DNA from: Candidatus Latescibacterota bacterium
GTDB lineage: Bacteria > Latescibacterota > UBA2968 > UBA8231
DNA length: 64,000 nucleotides
Direction of reading: 5' to 3'
NCBI GenBank assembly: GCA_965219385.1
Contig: CBDCNM010000002.1
Location: forward strand, 4,102,305 to 4,166,304
In this document: positions 1 to 9,796 of the stretch, one piece after another
How positions within the stretch are numbered: the first letter of the stretch is position 1
Layout of the letters: every line of letters begins with the position of its first letter
The notes under the pieces: model-generated
Databases searched by the model: none
Seen by the model: the letters and a program-made list of their open reading frames with translations, nothing else
Told to the model about the DNA's origin: nothing
Position numbers and translations under genes: made by a program

Positions 1-1
1 T

Positions 2-1732
2 CGTCCCGATGTCATCATTGGTACAGGGGGGTACGTCAGTGCCCCTATCATGTTTGCTTTTGCCGTTTTGAGCAAAGCAGGACTGTCGCGGGCAAAGGTT
101 TTCGCCTATGAGCCCAATGTCCATCCAGGGATGCTGAATCAGGTGGTAGGAGGTCTGGCGCACCGCATTGGGGTGGCCTTTGAACAAGCGGGCCGCTGGT
201 TCGATATGAAGCGGATCTCCGTTGTGGGGTATCCGGTGCGGCGAGAACTGGAAAGACTGGATAGACAGGAGGCCCGGAGGCGTCTGGGAATTGACCCTGA
301 TAGGGTGGTGGTACTGGTTTTGGGTGGGTCGGGAGGAGCTCGGGTGATCAACGAAGGCGTGGTTGATGCCCTGCCCTTTTTGCAGCAGCGGCCCGAAGTG
401 CTGGTGCTGCACGTAACTGGTCGTTACGCCGGACCCGACTATAACGCCATCGAGCATACCCGGGCGCATCTGGCCCGGTTGTCGATTGAAGAGGATACCT
501 CTTTTTATCGACGCGTGGACTACATGGAGAATATCCAGGATGGGTATGCCGTTGCCGATATGGTAGTCTGTCGCGGGGGAGCCGGTACTTTGACCGAGAT
601 CTGCGTTTGCAGTTTGCCTGCCCTGATCGTGCCCCTGGCTGGCGCCCCGGATGATCACCAGTCGATCAATGCCCGCGAGTTGGAGGACCTGGGAGCCGCT
701 CGCGTGCTGTATCAGGAGGCCTGGTGGGACGCGGGTCAGATCCGCACCCGGGTGGAAGGGGAGCGTCTGGCCCGGCACGTTCTGGCCTTGGTCGACCATC
801 CGGATCAGAGGCACAAAATGGCCGAGACCGCCGGCAAAGTACCCCTCAGGAATAGTCTGGATATCATATTGCGGGAGATAGAGGGCTTGGTCGCGGGGCA
901 CAGGCCGGCAGCACTCAATCTAGAATTTCCACTGCAACCGAAAGGACTGCCCGGCAATCCCAATACGCTGCTGCGCTACGTCCAGAGGTATCTGGAGGAA
1001 GTAGGTGGGCCCCAGGCCCTGGACCCCCAGGAGCGGGCCTATTTACGCTACCAGGCCGATCGTCTGCTGGCATCCGAAGCCTGGTTTGAAATTCCGCTGG
1101 GACAGCGCAATGTTGGGATCAAATTGGTGGGACACCTCCAGTACGAGCAGCATCTGCCTCTACTTTTGGGGATCTTGCAGGATCGCAAGCAGGTTGGTAC
1201 CTGGCGCCGTCTCTTTGGTGGAGATTACCACCATGGGGGCATTTTGCGGCGCAATGTCATTGAGCACGGCATTCGGTTGTTGCGCATCGCCAGCGATGAG
1301 GTCAGGAGAGTCCTGCTGGAGGTTATGGATGGAGATCCTTACTTTGAGGTGCGCGCCACGGCAGCCCAGGTTCTGGGAGAGCTCTTTCACCCGGACGAGC
1401 TTATCGAAGAAGCGCTGGTGAAGGCCTTGGACGACCGCGCTTCCGCCGTAGTCATACAGGCCATACGAGCCCTGGGCTGCATTGCCCGGCAGCCGGATGT
1501 GCCGGCGTCACTCAAAAGATTCTACCTTCACTCCGACTGGCAGTTTCGCCAGGAAGTCGTGAAGACCCTTGCCCGTTTGCTCGAACGCGAGGTTGTGTGT
1601 CCCGCGGATCTGACAGCCGATCTGGACCAGATTCTGGCGACCTCGCCTTATTTCGAACCAGAATTTCCCCTCAAGGAGAGCCTGCGCGAACTGGCCGTAC
1701 GAGTCCACTGCGCTCCCAAAGAACAGGGATGA
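2..1732 (+). CDS. murG: MurG-like GlcNAc transferase (GT28) fused to a C-terminal HEAT-repeat domain; 5' end lies outside the window
   Basis: Frame is open from base 2 (RPDVIIGTGGYVS). Motifs YEPNVHPG, GYPVR, LGGSGGA, CRGGAGT and DHQSINA. Then ~270 extra aa with HEAT-like repeats (DPYFEVRATAAQVLG, DDRASAVVIQAIRALG, DWQFRQEVVKTL). Confidence 0.85.
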   Translation, partial: RPDVIIGTGGYVSAPIMFAFAVLSKAGLSRAKVFAYEPNVHPGMLNQVVGGLAHRIGVAFEQAGRWFDMKRISVVGYPVRRELERLDRQEARRRLGIDPDRVVVLVLGGSGGARVINEGVVDALPFLQQRPEVLVLHVTGRYAGPDYNAIEHTRAHLARLSIEEDTSFYRRVDYMENIQDGYAVADMVVCRGGAGTLTEICVCSLPALIVPLAGAPDDHQSINARELEDLGAARVLYQEAWWDAGQIRTRVEGERLARHVLALVDHPDQRHKMAETAGKVPLRNSLDIILREIEGLVAGHRPAALNLEFPLQPKGLPGNPNTLLRYVQRYLEEVGGPQALDPQERAYLRYQADRLLASEAWFEIPLGQRNVGIKLVGHLQYEQHLPLLLGILQDRKQVGTWRRLFGGDYHHGGILRRNVIEHGIRLLRIASDEVRRVLLEVMDGDPYFEVRATAAQVLGELFHPDELIEEALVKALDDRASAVVIQAIRALGCIARQPDVPASLKRFYLHSDWQFRQEVVKTLARLLEREVVCPADLTADLDQILATSPYFEPEFPLKESLRELAVRVHCAPKEQG

Positions 1733-1736
1733 GAAG

Positions 1737-2843
1737 ATGATCTATTACCTGGGAAAATACCTCCACGATACAGTCGAGGCCCTGTCTTTCCTGCGGCTGC
1801 TGGACTTTATCAGCTTCCGCGCCATTGCCGGCGCCATAACCGCGCTGCTCTTCACCATTCTTTGTGGGGACCGCATTATTCTGCATTTTTATCGCGCGGG
1901 GCAGCGGGACACTTCCCGGCGCTATGTCAATTTTCCCACCACCGGCAATCAGACCAAAACCTACGGCGGCGGACTGATCATAACGGCTATTCTATCCAGT
2001 GCCCTGTTGTGGTGTAACCTGCTATCCCCTTTTGTGCTTATTTGCCTGGGCGCTGTGATCTGGTTTGCCACGCTGGGCGCCGTGGACGATTATCTCAAGG
2101 TGCGTCATGGTAGCAGCGACCGAGGTCTCTCCGAAGCCGCCAAGTTGATATTGCAGCTTGCGTACGGGTTGTTTTTCGCCCTGATCTACGTTACCGAGGA
2201 GCTTTCTCCCCTGCCAGCGGGGCTGGCTACACAGCTCTACCTGCCCTTTTTCAAGAACCCGGTAGTGGATTTATACTGGGGTTACATCCCCTTTATTATT
2301 TTCACTGTAATAGCGGTTGCCAACTCCGTGAACATCGCCGATGGGATCGATGGGCTGGCCGTGGTGCCGGTTTCTTTTGCGGTGGCGGTTTACGGGGTGT
2401 TCGCCTATGTCTCCAGCCACTTCAAGATCTCGGGTTTTCTGATCTTTCCCTTTATGCCCGGGGTGGGCGAGGTGGCGATTATTTGTTCGATCGTTTTTGG
2501 GGCCTGTCTGGGGTTTCTATGGTTCAACTCTTATCCAGCCAATGTGATCATGGGGGATACCGGCTCCATGGCCCTGGGGGGTTTATTGGGCACGGTGGCG
2601 GTGCTGGTCAAGCAGGAATTCTTATTCCTGATTGTGGGCGGGGTTTTCGTCGGCGAGGCTTTTTCGGTATTGGTGCAGCAGAAGATCGGCATCAAATGGC
2701 TGGGGCGCCGTTTTTTCTACAGTGCTCCGGTGCATCATCATTTTCAAATGCGGGGCCTGGCCGATACCAAGATTGTCATCCGCTTTTGGATAGTAGCGGG
2801 CATCCTGGCGCTGTGTGGTCTGGCTACCCTTAAGATACGATAG
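1737..2843 (+). CDS. mraY: Phospho-N-acetylmuramoyl-pentapeptide transferase (MraY), divergent
   Basis: Polytopic membrane protein with GAVDDY, NSVNIADGIDG, MGDTGS and APVHHHF motifs. Confidence 0.9.
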   Translation: MIYYLGKYLHDTVEALSFLRLLDFISFRAIAGAITALLFTILCGDRIILHFYRAGQRDTSRRYVNFPTTGNQTKTYGGGLIITAILSSALLWCNLLSPFVLICLGAVIWFATLGAVDDYLKVRHGSSDRGLSEAAKLILQLAYGLFFALIYVTEELSPLPAGLATQLYLPFFKNPVVDLYWGYIPFIIFTVIAVANSVNIADGIDGLAVVPVSFAVAVYGVFAYVSSHFKISGFLIFPFMPGVGEVAIICSIVFGACLGFLWFNSYPANVIMGDTGSMALGGLLGTVAVLVKQEFLFLIVGGVFVGEAFSVLVQQKIGIKWLGRRFFYSAPVHHHFQMRGLADTKIVIRFWIVAGILALCGLATLKIR

Positions 2844-2852
2844 GAGGGGATG

Positions 2853-3335
2853 CTACAAAAGGCTGAGGCCGTAGAAGCAGATGAGGATGACGGTGATGCC
2901 GGTGGCCACGGTAAGCCCCAGGAGAATGCCCCCTTCGTCATCGCCGTTGTTTGATATTTCCCTGCTGTAGTGCCGGTACTCGCTGGACAAAAGGAAATGT
3001 CCCGAAACCAGGGCGATGATGATGGCAATCAGCGAAAAAACAAGACCCAGGATTTCGGGGGAAAGAGCCTGGATCATGCTGAGGGTATAAGAGGCCAGGT
3101 TTACCAGGAGGGGGTATTCGCGCGCCAGCACGCTGTAGATGACAATCCCCAGGCTAAAGGAACCAATCACCAGTGAAGGGAGAATTTGGAGCAGGGAAAA
3201 ACCGGCAAAGAAAAAAAGTAGGATAGTGCCGATAAACAGGTGGAACCACATGACTGAATAGGCATAGAAAAAACAAGGTCGTTCGAGAGATGTCTGGCCG
3301 ATCAGGTACTGAGAGAATGTGAGGTGACGCGCCAT
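2853..3335 (-). CDS. Hypothetical integral membrane protein
   Basis: 160-aa ORF with about 5 hydrophobic segments, convergent on mraY. Confidence 0.65.
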   Translation of the reverse strand: MARHLTFSQYLIGQTSLERPCFFYAYSVMWFHLFIGTILLFFFAGFSLLQILPSLVIGSFSLGIVIYSVLAREYPLLVNLASYTLSMIQALSPEILGLVFSLIAIIIALVSGHFLLSSEYRHYSREISNNGDDEGGILLGLTVATGITVILICFYGLSLL

Positions 3336-3542
3336 TAATCGTTGAAAGGGTAGAAGTTATGTAACGGGGTACTCGGAGAATGATTTAAAATAAGCGTATT
3401 GCGAGGGCGCGTCAAGCAGGGGCGGCAGTTAGATCGCGGAGGGAAACCAGTTTTTATATTTGATGCTAAGGGCGTGAGGGTAAATATTCATTGTTTCCCT
3501 CGAAGTGGTCCCCTGGGCTACGGTCAGCCGTGGTCTGGCGCC

Positions 3543-4472
3543 TCACCGGACAAACATCGCCTTGATCCGGCCCCAGGTCACGCTCTCCACCGCCGAATCT
3601 GGGAGCTCACCCCCAGGACCCACCAGCAGCCCCCGGGCGAAGGTGTCGGCGTTCGAGATACCGGGCCACTGGTCCTGGCCGCTAATAAAATGGTGCCCTC
3701 CCGCCAGATCGCCCTCCACGTCAAAATCAAGAATTGACAGGATAAACCCGATCAGGGTCCCACGCGACAACGACGACACCACACTCTCCTCCGGGCTGTT
3801 CCAAATCAACCGATCAAAGGGCGTCACGTAGAATTCCGTCACCGATAGTGTGGGCTGCTCGCCGAAAGAAGCCCCACCCCCCTCCGCATACGGCGGTCGC
3901 CGAAACCAATCTTCGTCTCCAATCTGATCCCACAAGCATACATGGGGGCCGCCGCCTAAGAGTTCACCCCGGACGCGGTAGTATTGAGCATGTTGATTCT
4001 CCAGCAACCGGCGTTCCTCGTCGTCTTTGATCTCGTTGGGACCGAAGGAGTATTTCCCGCCGCTGGCGTCGCCGTCCACCCTGAATCTTACCGAAGAATC
4101 CTGCCCTATCATCGAAAAACATGAGGAGCTCGCATCATCACCTGCATAAACATATATATCATCCGCGCGCTCGACCGCTACATAGAGGCGCTGGGTGGCC
4201 CCGTGCCAGGCCAGCCAGACGCGGTAATCCATATCGGCCGGATCATACGATGCCCCCCAAGAAGCGGCCTGAAAGTCCAGGGCGGTCAGAGTGGGTTCGC
4301 CCAGCAGGTTGACCCACTCGTCAATCGAGCCATCGGTCACGTCGATTTGGGCCAGGTCCGCGTCGGTCAACTCGACAAAGGGATAGAGCCTTTCGCTTTC
4401 CTGTGCCTCAGCGCCACCAAGCAGCCCCACCACCGGGCCGATAATGGGCAGGAAACGCTGTACTGTTTTCAT
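3543..4472 (-). CDS. Secreted TWGRIK-motif protein, array copy 1 (possible DOMON/CBM9-like fold)
   Basis: Start MKTVQRF chosen by alignment with paralogs. Signal peptide ends AEA|QE. DGSIDEW, LYVAVERADD and DGDASGG motifs. C-terminus SAVESVTWGRIKAMFVR. Confidence 0.85.
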   Translation of the reverse strand: MKTVQRFLPIIGPVVGLLGGAEAQESERLYPFVELTDADLAQIDVTDGSIDEWVNLLGEPTLTALDFQAASWGASYDPADMDYRVWLAWHGATQRLYVAVERADDIYVYAGDDASSSCFSMIGQDSSVRFRVDGDASGGKYSFGPNEIKDDEERRLLENQHAQYYRVRGELLGGGPHVCLWDQIGDEDWFRRPPYAEGGGASFGEQPTLSVTEFYVTPFDRLIWNSPEESVVSSLSRGTLIGFILSILDFDVEGDLAGGHHFISGQDQWPGISNADTFARGLLVGPGGELPDSAVESVTWGRIKAMFVR

Positions 4473-4513
4473 CGCGGCCTTCTCGTATGTTGCATGGCCC
4501 TCGATCTTGCGCT

Positions 4514-5443
4514 TCACCGGACAAAGGTCGCCTTGATCCGGCCCCAGGTGAGACTCTCCACCGCTGAGTCGGGGAGCTCGCCCCCAGGACCCACCAGCAG
4601 CCCCCGGGCGAAGGTGTCGGCGTTCCGTGGATCGGACCAATAGTCCTGGCCCACAATAGAATGGACGGCTTCCGCCCGGGGGCCTTCCTCGTCAAGATCT
4701 ACAATTTGCAGGATAAACCCGATCAGGGTCCCAGGCGACAACGTCGACACCACACTCTCCTCGGGGCTGTCCTGAATCAACCGATCAAAGGGCGTCACGT
4801 AGAATTCCGTCACCGATAAGGTGGGATGCTCGCCGAAAGAAGCCCCGCCCCCCTCCGCATACGGCGGCTGCCGGAACCAATCTTCGTCTCCACTTTGACT
4901 CCACAAGCAAATATGGGGACCGCTGCCGAAGATGTCACCTAGGGCGAAGTACTCTTGAGCGTGTTGACTTGTCAGCCACCGGACTTCATCCGGATCGTTG
5001 CGGTCCCGGAAGTGGTATCTCCCGCCGCTGGCGTCGCCGTCCACCCTGAATCTTACCGAAGAATCATGCCCTATCATCGAAGCACATGAGGAGCTCACAT
5101 CACCACTTTCATAATTATTGACATATATATCATCCGCGCGCTCGACCGCTACATAGAGGCGCTGGGTGGCCCCGTGCCAGGCCAGCCAGACGCGGTAATC
5201 CATATCGGCCGGATCATACGGTGCCCGACCGGGACGGGTCTGAAAGTCCAGGGCGGTCAGGGTGGGTTCGCCCAGCAGGTCCTTCCACTCGTCAATCGAG
5301 CCATCGGTCACATCGATCTGGGCCAGGTCCGCGTCGGTCAACTCGACGAAGGGATAGAGCCTTTCGCTTTCCTGCGCCTCGGCGCCACCAAGCAGCCCCA
5401 TAACCAGGCCGGTAAATTGTAGGAAACGCTTTCCTATTTTCAT
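4514..5443 (-). CDS. Secreted TWGRIK-motif protein, array copy 2
   Basis: 309 aa with the same scaffold and signal peptide. Confidence 0.85.
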   Translation of the reverse strand: MKIGKRFLQFTGLVMGLLGGAEAQESERLYPFVELTDADLAQIDVTDGSIDEWKDLLGEPTLTALDFQTRPGRAPYDPADMDYRVWLAWHGATQRLYVAVERADDIYVNNYESGDVSSSCASMIGHDSSVRFRVDGDASGGRYHFRDRNDPDEVRWLTSQHAQEYFALGDIFGSGPHICLWSQSGDEDWFRQPPYAEGGGASFGEHPTLSVTEFYVTPFDRLIQDSPEESVVSTLSPGTLIGFILQIVDLDEEGPRAEAVHSIVGQDYWSDPRNADTFARGLLVGPGGELPDSAVESLTWGRIKATFVR

Positions 5444-5500
5444 CGGGGTCTTCTCTTAGGTTGCATGGGCCTCAAGACGGTCGGCCACTAGTCTTGCACC

Positions 5501-6412
5501 TCACCGCACAAACGTCGCTTTGATGCGGCCCCAGGTCATGCTCTCCACCGCCGAGTCGGGGAGCTCACCCCCAGGGCCCACCAGCAGCCCCCGGGCGGGG
5601 TCATAGCCCGCAAGGAAATGCCAGCTTTCATGCCCGCCAACTCCAATGTCATAATCTGGAATTACCAGGTCAAACCCGATCAGGGCGCCACGCGACAACG
5701 CCGACACCACACTCTCCTCCGGGCTGTTCCAGATCAACCGATCAAAGGGCGTCACATAAAATTCAATCACCGAAATCGTGGGGTGGGCCCCGAAAGAGGT
5801 CCCTCCCCCCTCCGCATACGGCGGCCGCTGAAACCAATCTTCGTCGTCATATAGACTCTGATCGGGCAAGCATATATGCGAGCCGCCGCCGAAGAGTTCG
5901 GCCAGGACGTAGTACTTTTGAGCGTGTTGATTCGTCCGCAGCCGGCGTTCCTCCTTGGCGTCGATATCGTTGCCATGGAAGGCGTATTTCCCGCCGCTGC
6001 CATCGCCGTCTACCAGGAATTGTACCGAAGAATCATGCTGCATCATCAAAAAACATGTGGCGATCCTTCCACCGTATTCAAACTCATTGATATATATATC
6101 ATCCGAGCGCTCGACCGCCACATAGATACGCTGGGTGGCCTCGTGCCAGGCCAGCCAGACGCGGAAATCCATATCCGCCGGATCATACAGGCCCGGCTCG
6201 GGAGCGGTCTGAAAGTCCAGGGCGGTCAGGGTGGGTTCATCCAGCAGGTCCACCCACTCGTCGACGGACCCATCGGTCACGTCGATTTGGGCCAGGTCCG
6301 CGTCGGTCAACTCGACGAAGGGATAGAGCCTTTCGCTTTCCTGTGCCTCGGCGCCACCAAGCAGCCCCACCACCAGGCCGATAATGGGTAGGGACCTCTT
6401 TATTAGGTTCAT
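5501..6412 (-). CDS. Secreted TWGRIK-motif protein, array copy 3
   Basis: Start MNLIKRS by paralogy, AGGA RBS. Last variable loop is shortened. Confidence 0.85.
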   Translation of the reverse strand: MNLIKRSLPIIGLVVGLLGGAEAQESERLYPFVELTDADLAQIDVTDGSVDEWVDLLDEPTLTALDFQTAPEPGLYDPADMDFRVWLAWHEATQRIYVAVERSDDIYINEFEYGGRIATCFLMMQHDSSVQFLVDGDGSGGKYAFHGNDIDAKEERRLRTNQHAQKYYVLAELFGGGSHICLPDQSLYDDEDWFQRPPYAEGGGTSFGAHPTISVIEFYVTPFDRLIWNSPEESVVSALSRGALIGFDLVIPDYDIGVGGHESWHFLAGYDPARGLLVGPGGELPDSAVESMTWGRIKATFVR

Positions 6413-6483
6413 CCTGGTCCTTCCTTGGGCTGTATTTCCATTGAGGTGGTCCCCCAGGCCCCGGCCGGCCGCTGGCGGACGCC

Positions 6484-7422
6484 TCACAGGACAAACATCG
6501 CCTTGATCCGGCCCCAGGTGAGACTCTCCACTGCCGAGTCGGGGATCTCACCTCCAGGGCCCACCAGAAGGCCCCGGGCGAAGCCGTCGGCGTTCGAGAG
6601 ACCGGGCCACTCGTCCTGGCCGCTAGTAAAATGGTGCCCTCTCCACCGCTCGCCTTCCACGTCATAATCACGCATGGACAGGACAAACCCGATCAGGGTC
6701 CCAGGCGACAACGTCGACACCACACTCTCCTCCGGGCTGTTCCAAATCAACCGATCAAAGGGCGTCACGTAGAATTCCGTCACCGATAGCGTGGGCTGCT
6801 CGCCGAAAGAGGCCCCGCCCCCCTCCGCATACGGCGGTAGCAGAAACCAACCTTCCTTTGCTCTGGAAGACCCCAAGCATACATGGGGGCCGCCGCCGGA
6901 GATGTCACCCAAGGCGTTGTAGTTTTGAGCCTGTTGACCATTCAGCAACCAGCGTTCATCCCGGTCCTTGATCTCGGTGGGACCGAAGGAGTATTGCCCG
7001 CCGCTGGCGTCGCCGTCCACTCTGAAGTTTACCGAAGAATCATGCCCCCACATCGAATCACATTCAGGTCTCGCCGCATCACTCCCGTCATAGGTATTAA
7101 TATATATATCATCGGAGCGCTCGACCGCCACATAGAGGCGGTGGGTGGCCCCGTGCCAGGCCAGCCAGACGCGGTAATCCATATCGGCCGGATTATACGG
7201 TGCCCGATCGGGATCGGTCTGAAAGTCCAGGGGGGTCAGGGTGGGTTCGCCCAGCAGGTCGACCCACTCGTCGACGGACCCATCGGTCACGTCGATCTGG
7301 GCCAGGTCTGCGTCGGTCAACTCGACGAAGGGATAGAGCCTTTCGCTTTCCTGTGCCTCGGCGCCACAAAGCAGCCCCAAAACCAGGCCGATAATGGATA
7401 GGGACCTCTTTATTAGGTTCAT
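6484..7422 (-). CDS. Secreted TWGRIK-motif protein, array copy 4
   Basis: Start MNLIKRS (alternative ATG at 7446). Same scaffold. Confidence 0.85.
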   Translation of the reverse strand: MNLIKRSLSIIGLVLGLLCGAEAQESERLYPFVELTDADLAQIDVTDGSVDEWVDLLGEPTLTPLDFQTDPDRAPYNPADMDYRVWLAWHGATHRLYVAVERSDDIYINTYDGSDAARPECDSMWGHDSSVNFRVDGDASGGQYSFGPTEIKDRDERWLLNGQQAQNYNALGDISGGGPHVCLGSSRAKEGWFLLPPYAEGGGASFGEQPTLSVTEFYVTPFDRLIWNSPEESVVSTLSPGTLIGFVLSMRDYDVEGERWRGHHFTSGQDEWPGLSNADGFARGLLVGPGGEIPDSAVESLTWGRIKAMFVL

Positions 7423-7518
7423 CCTGGTCCTCTTTAATGTTTTCATCGTGGTCCTCCCTTATGCCGCATTTCCATTGAGGCGGTCGCCTTGGCCCCGGTC
7501 GGCCACTAGTCTTGCACC

Positions 7519-8450
7519 TCACCGGACAAAGGTCGCCTTGATCCGGCCCCAGGTGAGACTCTCCACCGCTGAGTCGGGGATCTCACCCCCAGGACCCACC
7601 AGAAGGCCCCGGGCGAAGCCGTCGGCGTTCAAGCTGTCGGACCAATAGTCCTGGCCCGTAATAGAATGGACAGTTTCCGCCCGCCAGGCGCCTTCCTCGT
7701 CAATATCTCCAATGTGCAGGACAAACCCGATCAGGGTCCCAGGCGACAACGTCGACACCACACTCTCCTCGGGGCTGTCCTGAATCAACCGATCAAAGGG
7801 CGTCACGTAGAATTCCGTCACCGATAGCGTGGGATGCTCGCCGAAAGAAGCCCCCCCCCCTCCGCATACGGCGGCTGCCGGAACCAATCTTCGTCTCCAA
7901 TCTGATCCCACAAGCATACATGGGGGCCGCCGCCGACGATGTCACCCAGGAGGATGTAGTTTTGAGCGTGTTGATTATTCAGCAACCGGAGTTCATCCGA
8001 GACGTTGCGACCAAGGAAGAGGTATTGCCCGCCGCTGGCGTCTCCGTCCACGATGAAGGTTGCCGAAGAATCATGCCCCGTCATCAAATTACATGAGGGG
8101 GGCGTTCCATCACCTTCATAATTATTGACATATATATCATCCGAGCGTTCGATCGCCACATAGAGGCGGTGGGTGGCCCCGTGCCAGGCCAGCCAGACGC
8201 GGTAATCCATATCCGACGGATCATACGATGCCCCATCGGGACGGATCTGAAAGTCCAGGGCGGTCAGGGTGGGTTCGCCCAGCAGGTCGACCCACTCGTC
8301 GACGGACCCATCGGTCACGTCGATTTGGGCCAGGTCCGCGTCGGTCAACTCGACGAAGGGATAGAGCCTTTCGCTTTCCTGTGCCTCGGCGCTACAGAGC
8401 AACCCCACCACCAGGCCGATAAGTTGTAGGAAACGCTTTCCTGTTTTCAT
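7519..8450 (-). pseudogene. TWGRIK-motif protein copy 5, frameshifted at a C10/G10 homopolymer (7851-7860)
   Basis: Split into ORFs 7818..8450 and 7519..7917. Intact paralogs have 11 nt here (e.g. CCCCGCCCCCC in copy 2); this copy has 10 uninterrupted C. Confidence 0.85.
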
Positions 8451-8506
8451 CGGGGTCTTCTCTTATGCGGCATGGCCTTCAAGGCGGTCAGCCATGGTCT
8501 TGCACC

Positions 8507-9445
8507 TCACCGGACAAAGGTCGCCTTGATCCGGCCCCAGGTGAGACTCTCCACCGCCGAATCGGGGAGCTCGCCCCCAGGGCCCACCAGAAGGCCCCGG
8601 GCGAAGTCGTCGGCGTTCGAGATACCGGGCCACTGGTCCTGGCCGCTAATAAAATGGTGCCCTCCCGCCAGCTCGCCCTCCACGTCAAAATCACGAATGG
8701 ACAGGATAAACCCGATCAGGGTCCCACGCGACAACGTCGACACCACACTCTCCTCCGGGCTGTTCCAAATCAACCGATCAAAGGGCGTCACGTAGAATTC
8801 CGTCACCGATAGCGTGGGATGAGCCCCGAAAGAGGCCCCACCCCCCTCCGCATACGGCGGTAGATTGTACCAACCTTCCTTTGCTCTGGAAGCCCCCAAG
8901 CATACATGGGGGCCGCCGCCGACGATGTCACCCAAGGCGTTGTAGCTTTGAGCGTGTTGATAATTCAGCAACTGGCGTTCCTCGTCGTCCTTGATCTCGT
9001 TGAGACTGAAGACGTATTTCCCGCCGCTGGCGTCGCCGTCCACTATGAAGTTTACCGAAGAATCATGCACCCTCATCCCAACACATTCAGGTCTCGCCGC
9101 ATCACTCCCGTCATAGTTATTAATGTATATATCATCGGAGCGCTCGACCGCCACATAGATTCGGTGGGTGGCCCCGTGCCAGGCCAGCCAGACGCGGTAA
9201 TCCATATCGGCCGGATCATACGGGGCCCGGTCGGGACGGGTCTGAAAGTCCAGGGCGGTCAGGGTGGGTTCGCCCAGCAGGTCGATCCACTCGTCAATCG
9301 AGCCATCGGTCACATCGATCTGGGCCAAGTCTGAGTCGGTCAACTCGACGAAGGGATAGATTCTTTCGCTTTCCTGCGCCTCGGCAACATGGAGTAGCCC
9401 CACCACCAAGCCGATAATGGGTAGGGGCCTCTTTACTAAGTTCAT
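8507..9445 (-). CDS. Secreted TWGRIK-motif protein, array copy 6
   Basis: 312 aa with AGGAGG RBS. Confidence 0.85.
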   Translation of the reverse strand: MNLVKRPLPIIGLVVGLLHVAEAQESERIYPFVELTDSDLAQIDVTDGSIDEWIDLLGEPTLTALDFQTRPDRAPYDPADMDYRVWLAWHGATHRIYVAVERSDDIYINNYDGSDAARPECVGMRVHDSSVNFIVDGDASGGKYVFSLNEIKDDEERQLLNYQHAQSYNALGDIVGGGPHVCLGASRAKEGWYNLPPYAEGGGASFGAHPTLSVTEFYVTPFDRLIWNSPEESVVSTLSRGTLIGFILSIRDFDVEGELAGGHHFISGQDQWPGISNADDFARGLLVGPGGELPDSAVESLTWGRIKATFVR

Positions 9446-9796
9446 CCTGGTCCTCCTTTATGTTGAATTTCCCTTGAGGCGGTCATATACCCATTGGGCC
9501 ACCATCAAGCCGGCGATCCAACGGACAGGTTCACACCGCTTCATCCAACCGCGCAAACTCGCTGCCTCAGTAATGGGTTAGCCGCCGGCCAGCACCGCAC
9601 CGGACAACCGTTGCCTTGATCCGGCCCCAGGTGATACGGGCACGGGTTCAGCGCGAGGGAAAACATTCGTTCTTTCAATCAAAGCCAACACGTTGCGTGG
9701 CGGTGCAAAAACCATCGTAACCTGTCGATCCTTCAAATAGATAGCGATTTTCCCCTCTACTGAACCCGTGCCACCATGTATAACGGCGTAGCTTAA
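9446..9796. repeat. Duplicated upstream region, copy A (matches 14034-14406 and resumes at 10705-10721 after the IS5)
   Basis: Colinear blocks shared with 14034-14423, e.g. ACGGACAGGTTCAC, AACTCGCTGCCTCAGTAATGG and AACGGCGTAGCTTAAG. Confidence 0.9.
9639..9772. mobile_element. 134-bp MITE-like element with GGCACGGGTTCAG terminal inverted repeats
   Basis: 13-bp perfect IR extending imperfectly to ~25 bp. No TSD found. Second copy at 14249-14382. Confidence 0.6.
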
